Assembly (NCBI GenBank): GCA_002424645.1
Contig: DIKU01000064.1
Location: forward strand, 27,495 to 90,493
Direction of reading: 5' to 3'
DNA: 62,999 nt
From: Pelobacter sp. UBA5610
GTDB taxonomy: Bacteria > Desulfobacterota > Desulfuromonadia > Desulfuromonadales > Syntrophotaleaceae
Shown here: positions 1 to 9,186 of the stretch, piece by piece
Numbering within the stretch: position 1 is the stretch's first letter
Layout: every line of letters starts with the position of its first letter
Notes under the pieces: model-generated
What the model saw: the letters and a program-made list of their open reading frames with translations, nothing else
Told to the model about the DNA's origin: nothing
The model's database searches: none
Made by a program: the position numbers and the translations under genes

Positions 1-1538
1 GGACTGAATTCCAGCCACACATCAGCATATTGCCCCCGTCCTCCCGACTGTTTTTTATACTTACTCTGCAATTTGGCACTACCGCGCAAGGTTTCACGAT
101 ACGGTACTTTGGGTTCATTGAGTTCAACCTCGACATTGAACTTGCGCTTGAGCTTTTCTATCGTGACTTCCACATGAACCTGCCCCATCCCTGACAGAAT
201 CAATTCGTGGGTTTCCTCATCGCGGACTAGCTGCAAAGTCGGATCTTCCTCGACCAGTCGCTGCAGGGAGGAATGAATTTTATCCTCATCATTCTTACTG
301 CGTGCCTCAAGCGCGAAGGAAATTACCGGTTTCATCGGTGCGGGGAAATCAAGGCGAATGGCGTTCGCACCGTCACACAGGGTGTCGCCGGTAACCGTTT
401 CCTTCAACTTGGCGACCGCCACAACCTCACCCGGCATAGCCGTATCAACCGCTACCTGTTTTTTACCAACCATCTTGAAAAGCTGTCCGATACGCTCCGC
501 ACTATCGCGATTGGCATTATAGGTCGTCGAATCAGACTTTAATTGCCCTGAATAAACACGTAACAGATTCAGCTTACCGGTATAAGGATCGCTGATGGTC
601 TTAAATACCAGCGCGGAAAAGGGTGCCTCGGCAATCGGCAGCCGTTCCACCATCTCTTCCGTCTTCGGCTTTATCCCAATAACTGCAGGGCGCTCCCCCG
701 GAGATGGCAGGCACAAATTGATGGCATCGAGCAAAAAAGATACGCCTCGATTGGCAGGGCCGCTGCCGCACAATACCGGGACAATATCTCCGGCCAGAGT
801 CGCAGCCCGCAATCCGGAGCGGATTTCATCCTCAGCCAGATCGTCTTCTTCAAGATACTTTTCCATCAGCACTTCATCGGTTTCAGCTGCTGCTTCCACC
901 AGGGCTATACGCTGAATCTGAGCCTCCTCCAGCAATTCGTCAGGAATTGCTACGGGCTCGACGCCGCCCTCAACCCCATCATTAAACAGATATGCTTGCA
1001 TGGTGATGAGATCAATCAGCCCCCGAAAGGAGCTTTCCGCGCCAATGGGCACAACCAGAGGTATGGCCCTTATCGACAAGGCTTCACTCATGGAAGCCAC
1101 AGCGTTATTGAAATTGGCCCGCTCGCGGTCCATTTTACTTACGAACGCAACCGCCGGAAGATGATACTCCCGCCCCCACTCCCATATCTTCTGGGTCTGG
1201 GTTTTAACTCCGGAAATAGCGGAGGCCAGTAACACCAGGCTGTCAACCACACGCAGAGAGTTGCGCGTATCGTGTAAAAAGTTTGCGAATCCCGGGGTGT
1301 CCAGGATGTTCAACTCATGCTCCTTCCATGGAAGGAAGCAGGAACTGACGTCGATAGAACTGGTCCGCTTGATCTCCTCAGGCTGATGATCCATTAACGA
1401 ACTGCCGTCATCGACCCGCCCCAGTCGATCTGTCACCCCGCTGCAGAACAGCATGGCCTCGACCAGGGAGGTCTTACCCGCCCCGCCGTGTGCAACAACT
1501 CCAAAATTCCTCAACCTTGCCGTGTCGTACTTTCCCAT
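1..1538 (-). CDS. fusA: Elongation factor G paralogue (EF-G II / EF-G2-like); 3' end runs off the window
   Basis: Hand translation from ATG 1538 (SD AAGGGAG): MGKYDTARLRNFGVVAHGGAGKTSLVEAML...HELNILDTPGFANF...AFVSKMDRERANF, then later EF-G motifs (EEDPT, SGMGQVH, KYKKQSGGRGQYAD). Absent from the ORF track because no stop falls in the window. Confidence 0.9.
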   Translation of the reverse strand, partial: MGKYDTARLRNFGVVAHGGAGKTSLVEAMLFCSGVTDRLGRVDDGSSLMDHQPEEIKRTSSIDVSSCFLPWKEHELNILDTPGFANFLHDTRNSLRVVDSLVLLASAISGVKTQTQKIWEWGREYHLPAVAFVSKMDRERANFNNAVASMSEALSIRAIPLVVPIGAESSFRGLIDLITMQAYLFNDGVEGGVEPVAIPDELLEEAQIQRIALVEAAAETDEVLMEKYLEEDDLAEDEIRSGLRAATLAGDIVPVLCGSGPANRGVSFLLDAINLCLPSPGERPAVIGIKPKTEEMVERLPIAEAPFSALVFKTISDPYTGKLNLLRVYSGQLKSDSTTYNANRDSAERIGQLFKMVGKKQVAVDTAMPGEVVAVAKLKETVTGDTLCDGANAIRLDFPAPMKPVISFALEARSKNDEDKIHSSLQRLVEEDPTLQLVRDEETHELILSGMGQVHVEVTIEKLKRKFNVEVELNEPKVPYRETLRGSAKLQSKYKKQSGGRGQYADVWLEFS

Positions 1539-1710
1539 GGTATCTCCCTTCATTTTCCCCTCCGGGGAACGCGCTTGAGGATCACATCTCAGGAAACAAC
1601 GAACGCTGCGATGCACAAAACGGCATCGCTGCCTATGACATCGTATCGGCAGTCACCTGCCGGATTAAACATGAGGAAAAATCTTTCAGTCATGTGCCCG
1701 CTAAGGCGCA

Positions 1711-2478
1711 TTACCCTTTGTTGCGCAAATACAGGATACGTAAACCTTCCAGAGTCAGATCAGGATCTACCTCGTTTATGGTTTGAGTTTCATTGGCAAT
1801 CAGCGTGGCCAGACCGCCGGTGGCGACGACCAGAGGATCGTCGCGGGTCTCTTTTTTCATTCGTTCGACGATACCGTCGACCAATCCGACATAACCAAAA
1901 AAGAGTCCGGACTGAATACTGTTCACGGTATTTTTTGCCACCACGAAAGGAGGCTTACAAACTTCCACACGTGGTAATTTGCTGGCTTTTTCGAACAAGG
2001 CATCGGCACTGATCTTAAGCCCGGGGGCTATGGCGCCCCCCTGGTACTGGCCTTTGGCTGTCACGTAATCAAAGGTCGTGGCGGTACCGAAATCGACGAC
2101 GATCAGGCTGCGCTGCCAACGGGCAAAAGCGGCAACGGCATTGACAATGCGATCCGCTCCCACCTCCCGCGGGTTTTCGTAAAGGATAGGCATGCCGGTC
2201 TTGATACCGGGGCCTACCACATAGGGCAGGCGACCGACATATTTACTGCAAAGTGTTTCAATGGCCTGCAAAGTCGGCGGTACGACACTCGAAACAATGA
2301 CATCTTCAATGCGATCAAAAGAAACATTGGCAAGGCGTAATAATTCGTGCAAAAGCAAGGCATATTCATCACCGGTCCGACCCTTGTCGGTGGTAATCCG
2401 CCAATTGTGAGCCAATGTTTGTCCCTCATAAAGCCCTACCACGGTATTGGTATTGCCGACATCGATAACCAGCAGCAT
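1711..2478 (-). CDS. coaX: Type III pantothenate kinase
   Basis: [27 protein letters not shown] and ATGG motifs. Confidence 0.96.
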   Translation of the reverse strand: MLLVIDVGNTNTVVGLYEGQTLAHNWRITTDKGRTGDEYALLLHELLRLANVSFDRIEDVIVSSVVPPTLQAIETLCSKYVGRLPYVVGPGIKTGMPILYENPREVGADRIVNAVAAFARWQRSLIVVDFGTATTFDYVTAKGQYQGGAIAPGLKISADALFEKASKLPRVEVCKPPFVVAKNTVNSIQSGLFFGYVGLVDGIVERMKKETRDDPLVVATGGLATLIANETQTINEVDPDLTLEGLRILYLRNKG

Positions 2479-2541
2479 AGTTTTCCTTTGAAATGTACGA
2501 TTTACACCGGCATCCTCATGGGGACACCGATAGAATACTTG

Positions 2542-3525
2542 TTACAGAGGCCTTACATCGCCAGCCAGGACACGTTCCGAAGAACCGTCGGTCAGTTCCA
2601 GCAACAGAGCGCCGTCACCGCCGAGTCCCTTTACGCAGCCAACCACCTTACGGTCCTGGAAATCAACTTCAACCATCCGGCCGGTCAGATCGAAGTACTC
2701 CAGCCAGGCGCCCAGTACGGCCTCAAAACCCTGCTTAAGGTAAAGAGCGTAAAGACTGTCCAGATGACGCAGCAGACTGCGGGTGAAATCCCGACGCGAT
2801 ATCGTCTGACCGCATTCCAGCATCATGGAAGTCGCAGGATAACGCAAATCATCGGGGAATTGCCCGGAGTCCATGTTGATATTGACCCCGATCCCCAAAA
2901 CAAGATAATGAATGCGCTCGGTTTCAGCATCCAACTCGTTTAAAAGGCCGGCAACCTTGCGACCACCCACCAGCACATCGTTGGGCCATTTGACCGTAAC
3001 CGTAAGATTTCCAATTTCGGATACGGCGCGGGCCACCGCGGCCGCCGACAAGAACGTTAACTGACTGGCATAACGCGGTGCCACCGGCGGTCGCACCAAC
3101 ACCGAAGCATAGACATTGACTCCCGGCGGCGAACACCACTTGCGTCCCAGGCGCCCCTTCCCGGCCGTCTGGCTATCAGCCAGCACCACGGTACCCTCTA
3201 TGGCTCCGGCTTTGCCCAATTCGTGAGCACGCAGATTGGTCGAGTCGGTCTCGGAACAATATACCACCTCTCGGCCAATGAGCGCGGTATCGAGATCGGC
3301 CTTCACCTCTTCAGGCAACAACAGATCAGGCGTCACCTGCAAACGATAGCCTTTTGAGGGCACGGCTTCAATGGCATACCCCAACAGCCTTAACTGTTCG
3401 ATCTTTTTCCACACGGCGGTTCGAGAAACCCCGAGAGCACGGCTAATCTGGGCCCCGGACACGAATCCGTCACCGGCATTGCGAAACAGAGCAAGTATGG
3501 TTGTGCGCGCATCCAGCACAGTCAT
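2542..3525 (-). CDS. birA: Bifunctional biotin-[acetyl-CoA carboxylase] ligase / biotin repressor
   Basis: N-terminal wHTH (VSG..IS..LGVSRTAVWK), then STN, QTAGKGRLGRKW, KWPND, KVAG, GIGVN. Confidence 0.96.
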   Translation of the reverse strand: MTVLDARTTILALFRNAGDGFVSGAQISRALGVSRTAVWKKIEQLRLLGYAIEAVPSKGYRLQVTPDLLLPEEVKADLDTALIGREVVYCSETDSTNLRAHELGKAGAIEGTVVLADSQTAGKGRLGRKWCSPPGVNVYASVLVRPPVAPRYASQLTFLSAAAVARAVSEIGNLTVTVKWPNDVLVGGRKVAGLLNELDAETERIHYLVLGIGVNINMDSGQFPDDLRYPATSMMLECGQTISRRDFTRSLLRHLDSLYALYLKQGFEAVLGAWLEYFDLTGRMVEVDFQDRKVVGCVKGLGGDGALLLELTDGSSERVLAGDVRPL

Positions 3526-3534
3526 GGAACCCCG

Positions 3535-4371
3535 TTATTGAAAAAGCATGGAGATATCAACCGCCGGACTGGAATGGGTCAACGCGCCGACAGAAATAAG
3601 GTCAACCCCGGTTTCAGCGATATTACGCACTGTTTCAAGGGTTACACCACCAGATGCCTCGGTAATGGCACGCCCATTCACCAGACTTACTGCCTGGCGC
3701 AACGTATCAAGGTCCATGTTGTCCAGCATGATGACGTCCGCGCCAGCCGCCAATGCTTCCTCGACTTCAGTCAAATTGCGTGTTTCCACTTCGATACGCA
3801 AGGTATGGGGCGCGGTTTCGCGTGCCCGGGAAACCGCTACGGCAATACCGCCGGCAGCGGCCACATGGTTTTCCTTAATCAGAACACCATCGTAAAGGGA
3901 GGTACGATGGTTCCGTCCACCACCGACCCTGACGGCATACTTTTCAAGTACTCGCAGTCCGGGCGTGGTTTTGCGTGTGTCGACAACCGCTGCCCCCGTC
4001 CCTTCCAACTCTTTCACAAAAGCAGCCGTATGAGTTGCAACGCCGCTCATCCGCTGCATCAGATTCAGCGCAACACGCTCGCCCTGCAGCAAAATGGATG
4101 CCTCACCCTTGATCCATGCAAGGACATCCCCGCGCTGCACATGGCCGCCATCTTCGCGCAATTTTTCAAAGGCCACAGAAGGATCCAATAATGCGAAAAC
4201 CCGGCGGGCGACATCGATGCCGGCCAGTACAAAGTCTTGCTTGGCAACCAGCTCTGCCCGGGCCATGGTGCCCGGCGCAACAGTCGCCTGTGTGGTTATA
4301 TCCCCAAGACCGATATCTTCCTGCAGGGCGGTCCGGATAATACGTTCTATTTCAAACATGCATGTCTCCAT
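3535..4371 (-). CDS. nadC: Quinolinate phosphoribosyltransferase
   Basis: DTRKTTPGLR, EKYAV..GGG.NHR, LIKENH, MLDN, EASGG, SVGALTHS; start could be ATG 4359. Confidence 0.96.
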   Translation of the reverse strand: METCMFEIERIIRTALQEDIGLGDITTQATVAPGTMARAELVAKQDFVLAGIDVARRVFALLDPSVAFEKLREDGGHVQRGDVLAWIKGEASILLQGERVALNLMQRMSGVATHTAAFVKELEGTGAAVVDTRKTTPGLRVLEKYAVRVGGGRNHRTSLYDGVLIKENHVAAAGGIAVAVSRARETAPHTLRIEVETRNLTEVEEALAAGADVIMLDNMDLDTLRQAVSLVNGRAITEASGGVTLETVRNIAETGVDLISVGALTHSSPAVDISMLFQ

Positions 4372-4566
4372 AAGCGGATTTAAAACAACTTTACATCAGT
4401 AACATCACGCTTTTATATATCATGGTCGCAGAAGGCCCCGCAACCCATAAAGCCCCATTTCCATGTTCTTTAGCCTTTACAAACCGGGGGTGTTCAGTTT
4501 AACAATGGTCAAAATTTTTGACCCTTTTAAAACAGTCCTTCCATAGCCTTCACAGGAGGAAACACC

Positions 4567-5469
4567 GTGCGCATGACTCTTCAGCTCGTTGCAACCAGCC
4601 TGGCGCTGTTTTTTCTAACCACCGGCTGCGTCAGCCAATCCGTTTTCCAACGTAAATCCGATGAAGCCGATCATTATGCAGCCCTGAGTCGCAATCTGGA
4701 ACAAGACTATGCCAAGATCCTCGAACAGCAAAAACAAATGGCGCTCCGTTACGACGAAATTGCGCGACAAATGGAAGACGCCCGCGCCTCATCCGCCGCC
4801 CTGCGGCAGGACAATCTTCGCGCCAAAGCCGATATCGAGCGTCTGGAAAAAATCCTCGCCGACCGCAGCGACGAGACAGGTACAGCCATGACCGACCTGC
4901 GACAGACCATCGACCGACTCGAAGAGGAAAAACGCCAATTGACTGCGCAACTGGAACAGGAACACCTGGCACGACAGGCGCGTATCGCCCAGTTGAAAAC
5001 AACCTATGATGATCTGGTCGGCAAACTCGAAACCGAAATTAAACGCGGCGATGTCACCATTTCTGAATTACAGGGCCGCCTTACCGTCAACATGGTCGAA
5101 AAGATTTTATTCGATTCGGGCAAAGCTGAGATCAAACCTGCCGGCCTGAATATCCTTAAACGCATAGGCACCATCCTCAAAGATACCAGTGACAAAAACA
5201 TCCGGGTTGAAGGTCATACCGATAACATACCAATCAGTACACGGCTCAAGGACACCTACCCCTCCAACTGGGAGTTATCTTCCGCCCGCGCCGGAAGTGT
5301 GGTGCATTTCCTTCAGGAGATCCTGGAAATTCCCGGAGAACGGCTATCCATCTGTGCTTTCGGTCCGTACCAGCCCATCGCCGAGAATGCAACAAGCAGT
5401 GGAAGAGCTCAGAATCGACGTATCCAGATTGTTCTGATTCCAATGGAAAAATCGGAATCCAAACCTTGA
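4567..5469 (+). CDS. OmpA/MotB-family peptidoglycan-binding lipoprotein with a long coiled coil
   Basis: SD AGGAGG, lipobox LTTGC, heptad-rich middle, C-terminal LFDSG..VEGHTD..NWELS..RA..NRRI. Confidence 0.85.
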   Translation: MRMTLQLVATSLALFFLTTGCVSQSVFQRKSDEADHYAALSRNLEQDYAKILEQQKQMALRYDEIARQMEDARASSAALRQDNLRAKADIERLEKILADRSDETGTAMTDLRQTIDRLEEEKRQLTAQLEQEHLARQARIAQLKTTYDDLVGKLETEIKRGDVTISELQGRLTVNMVEKILFDSGKAEIKPAGLNILKRIGTILKDTSDKNIRVEGHTDNIPISTRLKDTYPSNWELSSARAGSVVHFLQEILEIPGERLSICAFGPYQPIAENATSSGRAQNRRIQIVLIPMEKSESKP

Positions 5470-5526
5470 TAATCCGCAAGCACGGTCACACTTGCCGCAA
5501 CGGGATAATTTTTAAAGCGTCATGAG

Positions 5527-5562
5527 AAAAAATGGCCGGACAATACATATTGTCCGGCCATT
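5527..5562. terminator. Intrinsic terminator hairpin between convergent genes
   Basis: Perfect inverted repeat AATGGCCGGACAATA / TATTGTCCGGCCATT with an A-run on the left (U-tract on the minus strand). Confidence 0.75.
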
Positions 5563-5597
5563 GCGTTAAAACATCACAGCGTTTGAACGACCCCGCA

Positions 5598-6245
5598 TCA
5601 TAGAGTGTCACCTGCCATCTGGGAAACTTCCCGCAATAGTTGCGCCACAGAAATCTCGTGCTGTGCCATAATACGCAGGCAATCCAGAATCCCGAGATAA
5701 AGTGGTGCGGCATGGGGGGTACACAATCCCTCGATAAGACGCGCTTCGTGATCCGTGGCAAACTCGATGCAAAGACGGCACAATTGCGGCCCTCTATCTT
5801 CACTGATGTAGGTTTTGAGAATCTCGTTATCGGTTTTCAGAATATCTGCCAGAGCACGCAATATCTCCAGATGACCTTTAAACAAATCGTTTATCTGCGT
5901 ACATGCTTTTGGGGAAAATGGTATACCATCGCTGATTTGCCGTCGCAGCGGATGTGCCAACTCGCTGAGCGTTTCGGTCACGACCTGCAGATGAGACAGG
6001 ATACTGTGCAGTTTAATCGCCTTGACCTGATCTTTCCCGTTAACATGGCTCAGCAGATTATCAATCCGGTCTGTAGCAAGGGCGATCTCTTCTTCCACGA
6101 TCACCTTGTGATGCTCAACTTCGGCCAACATCTGCCGACACTGATGATTAAAAGCGCTTCGCGCCATCTCAACCATAATGGCTAAATTGTCGACCACAGC
6201 TCCAAACAGATCAAGCTCGTCTTTTACAGGTTCACTAAAGCCCAT
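5598..6245 (-). CDS. Stand-alone PhoU-like helical-bundle protein
   Basis: 215 aa, all-helical, two-repeat pattern; C-terminal H.ARL..G.C...A..LY..ILD resembles the PhoU-like tail of Na/Pi cotransporters; no TM segments. Confidence 0.6.
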   Translation of the reverse strand: MGFSEPVKDELDLFGAVVDNLAIMVEMARSAFNHQCRQMLAEVEHHKVIVEEEIALATDRIDNLLSHVNGKDQVKAIKLHSILSHLQVVTETLSELAHPLRRQISDGIPFSPKACTQINDLFKGHLEILRALADILKTDNEILKTYISEDRGPQLCRLCIEFATDHEARLIEGLCTPHAAPLYLGILDCLRIMAQHEISVAQLLREVSQMAGDTL

Positions 6246-6406
6246 ACAACCTCTCTCGCTGCCGCCATGAGTTACAAGTACCTCTTATTGCTATAATACC
6301 AAAACCTTTCCGACATGCTCTAGAAAGATTGTCTTTCCCCAAATAAATAGTATTTTTTTCTGACAACTGCTCGGACAGATCCTATAAACTAAGAGCAGAC
6401 TAAATC

Positions 6407-7159
6407 TTAACGTGTCAAAAACAGGGTTTCAAAGGCCACATAATGCTTCAATAATGGGGTTCCACCACCTTCGGAGATCACCCGAAATACGCTGTCGCAA
6501 TCAAGCACGCGAGCTCCCGATATCTGCGTCAGAGGGGTATTCGCAAACACCTCCGGGCATAACGGTGCAGAGGGACCGAGCAACACAACTCCCCGTGGTT
6601 TTCCCAATGAAGCAAATAAATCGTCCAGAGTACCGGTAATCAGGCTGGTCCCTGTAAGGATAGCCACATCACAGTTGCCAAGCACATTCTTGCCTTCTTG
6701 GGGTGTCAGGACTCCGGGGCGGGTTGAATCCAACTCAATAATATCCAATCGACACCCGTTCTGCTGCAATTTCTTCACAAGGGGGCCAAAATAACCAACC
6801 ATGGCAACATGATCCCTGGAGGTAATGCCCAATGGATCAAGAGCGTTACCGATATAGGCTCCGGGGTTGGGACTCGCGACCAAAGCATTCGCAGTCGCTA
6901 CGCCAAGTGCTCTCAGCAGAACATCCTCCCCGGCCAGACCGGCCAAAAGTTCTTCGGCAGGTTTGCCGCTTAATGTTCCGGCCGCTTGGAGATGCGTACA
7001 TCCCCCACCTTTATTGGATGGGGTCCAGGCGAGACCGGAACGGCCGTTGCTAAGTTTAACAGCCGAATAACCCAAGCCGATGCGAACTTCTTCAACTTCA
7101 AGATCGGTCGCCTTCGAAACCAGAATATCTAGAAGTTTTCTCTGAATCTTCAAAGTCAT
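6407..7159 (-). CDS. DUF364 (Rossmann-like) family protein with DUF4213-type N-terminus; putative metal chelation
   Basis: VRIGLGYSAV..G..GLAWT, ALGVATANAL, VAMVGYF.P, AILTGTSLI..T, LLGPS.P; SD GGGAGG. Confidence 0.85.
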   Translation of the reverse strand: MTLKIQRKLLDILVSKATDLEVEEVRIGLGYSAVKLSNGRSGLAWTPSNKGGGCTHLQAAGTLSGKPAEELLAGLAGEDVLLRALGVATANALVASPNPGAYIGNALDPLGITSRDHVAMVGYFGPLVKKLQQNGCRLDIIELDSTRPGVLTPQEGKNVLGNCDVAILTGTSLITGTLDDLFASLGKPRGVVLLGPSAPLCPEVFANTPLTQISGARVLDCDSVFRVISEGGGTPLLKHYVAFETLFLTR

Positions 7160-7346
7160 ACATCCTCCCTGGTTCTAATTGAACTGCTCGGATTCACTCC
7201 ATGCCCACCATTGCGTAAACGCTTTTCTAATCAACCATCAGTTCAAACCAGCAATCTAAATGTTTTTTTCGACCGGTAAGCCGCGCCATATTGCCTGGCG
7301 CAACAAATAGAGATGTTCCTCTATACAGGAATCGTATCTTTGAATT

Positions 7347-7399
7347 TAAAAAAGTGCCGCTGCAAGCACCATGAGCAAAGTTCATGACTTTGCAGCGGC
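7347..7399 (-). terminator. Terminator-like hairpin inside the DUF364 upstream region
   Basis: GCCGCTGCAA (7356-7365) / TTGCAGCGGC (7390-7399) with an inner CATGA/TCATG stem; followed by ACTTTTTTA on the minus strand. Confidence 0.55.
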
Positions 7400-7502
7400 C
7401 AAGGGGGGGTAAGGTGCAACAACGCTTTGCTTCCACCATGCATGCAAAAAGGAAATCATCCGCAACACGGGTATGTGTCAGACACATCGGAAGGTATAGC
7501 TT

Positions 7503-7526
7503 CGTTATGTAGCACCAGATATAACG
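7503..7526. promoter_or_regulatory. Putative ModE (molybdate-responsive regulator) binding site
   Basis: CGTTATGTA-GCACCA-GATATAACG fits CGnTATATA-N6-TATATAnCG with one mismatch per half-site; minus strand reads CGTTATATctggtgcTACATAACG (TATAT-N7-TACAT). Confidence 0.7.
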
Positions 7527-7590
7527 CAGACTCACATAAATCGACGGTGCTTTCAATATCTTTTTATCGAGGAGAGCCAAAGAAGAAGCC

Positions 7591-7626
7591 AAAATAAAAA
7601 AAACACCCCGGTGGCATGCCGGGGTG
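7591..7626 (-). terminator. Intrinsic terminator of the beta-barrel gene
   Basis: CACCCCGG/CCGGGGTG stem followed on the minus strand by a long T-tract, 20 nt after the stop. Confidence 0.85.
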
Positions 7627-7646
7627 CAGACAATGAAAAGTCTTCG

Positions 7647-9002
7647 TCAAAACTCTTTGGACCAGGCCAGCGTCACGGCAGATCCTCCGAACTCACTGCC
7701 GTCCCCCTGATCACGCAACAGTCCGAAATTATGGCTATAACCGATTTCGACCTGGGAGTTCCAAGGGGCTCCGCAGGTTACAGCGGCACCCACCGCCGGA
7801 AGGGTGTCCATCTCCCAGTCAAGGTATCCGTTTTTCACACGAGGTCGATCGACCACAGCAAGTTGACCGCGCACATGCAGATAACAGAAAAAAAGCAATT
7901 CGTGGCGATATTCCAAATTTGCGATGGCATAGCTGCGACTATAAAATTCGTCGAATATGGCACCCAATACGATGGGACGCGATAAAGCTTCCCACTCTCC
8001 TCCGGATGGCTCGCCACCGAGACGAAATGCGCTGAATCGATCGAGGTTTTCACCAATGCCCCCGTACAATGAAGCGATCACACGGTTGCGCTCTTTATCA
8101 ACCAGAGGCATGGGCAGGGCTGCCAGGGCAAAGAATTTTGCCGCAGACCAGGTACGGTGTTCTTCGCCATCCTGCACACCAAAAACCGGTCCGCCACCCC
8201 AGTCGTCCCAGTTGGCCCGGTGCCCATACAACCCATCGAATCCGGCTGCCCAACCCTCATGGGGAAGTTCCATAATGTTGCGCTCCAAGGCATCGGCACG
8301 CATACGAATATGAACCCGCCCCTCATAGGTATCGCGCGGTTGTTGAAAGCCATCGCCGGTATCGCTGCCCTCACTGAACAACAACACGCCGGGTTCATAA
8401 GTCAGGGCGATCTCCAGAGCATTATCCTGATGTCCGGGAGCCAGCGGTGTGCGCCAGCCAAGCCCGAATCCAAGGTGTGCGCGATGCCACTCCAGCTCTT
8501 CCTGATCGATTTGCGCGCCTTCGACAAATTCCTGGCGCGCGACAGGAATCGTCATGTTATCAAAAGTCATGACGAGTTCGGTTTTACCCAACCATGACGG
8601 GGTTACATTGTAGCGAACCTCGTTGTAAACACCGACCAATACCGCGCGAAGCCTCTGACGGCCGTTATCTTTGTTACGCCATAAAAAATAAGCCCCAAAG
8701 GGTTGAAGTTCATAATCGCTGGGAGCATAAGGCAACCATTGCAGACCGAGATTCAAAGCCGTTACAGAACAACGATCTCGAGATGGGGCGGTGGCAGACT
8801 CTCCGAACACCTCCGTGGTATAGCTTTCACCCGCCCTTGGGGTACGGTAATCGGCCGCAATGCAAAAAGTGGCTATCATAAAGGGCAATAAAAGCCCGCA
8901 CAAGATGCTGCCCGCCCAACAGCGGGCGACACTCCGTAACTTGTTACAATACACGTTATCCTCCTGAAACAAAATTCCATCACCCAGAAAAACAAATATC
9001 AT
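7647..9002 (-). CDS. Putative outer-membrane beta-barrel protein; true start probably downstream of 9002
   Basis: Signal-peptide-like hydrophobic segment, alternating amphipathic strands rich in W/Y/G, C-terminal beta-signal AVTLAWSKEF. Confidence 0.6.
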   Translation of the reverse strand: MIFVFLGDGILFQEDNVYCNKLRSVARCWAGSILCGLLLPFMIATFCIAADYRTPRAGESYTTEVFGESATAPSRDRCSVTALNLGLQWLPYAPSDYELQPFGAYFLWRNKDNGRQRLRAVLVGVYNEVRYNVTPSWLGKTELVMTFDNMTIPVARQEFVEGAQIDQEELEWHRAHLGFGLGWRTPLAPGHQDNALEIALTYEPGVLLFSEGSDTGDGFQQPRDTYEGRVHIRMRADALERNIMELPHEGWAAGFDGLYGHRANWDDWGGGPVFGVQDGEEHRTWSAAKFFALAALPMPLVDKERNRVIASLYGGIGENLDRFSAFRLGGEPSGGEWEALSRPIVLGAIFDEFYSRSYAIANLEYRHELLFFCYLHVRGQLAVVDRPRVKNGYLDWEMDTLPAVGAAVTCGAPWNSQVEIGYSHNFGLLRDQGDGSEFGGSAVTLAWSKEF

Positions 9003-9186
9003 GTGAACAGCATAGAAAACTTATCGAAAACGAATCGCAATGAGACGCGGATAAAATCCCTGAAGCTATCGGGAAATTAGACCTCCCAGGCCAATAGCGA
9101 TATGGACCCCAATGACGTTTAATGCCAACCATTCCCTTTTTCAGATCCCCGAACGGGATCTCTTATATTCACAATAGGGGTAGTTC

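Noticed and set aside
7227-7592. 121-aa minus-strand ORF in the DUF364 upstream region
   Set aside because: Starts at a TTG inside a terminator T-tract, has no SD, and runs through the ModE box and a terminator-like hairpin
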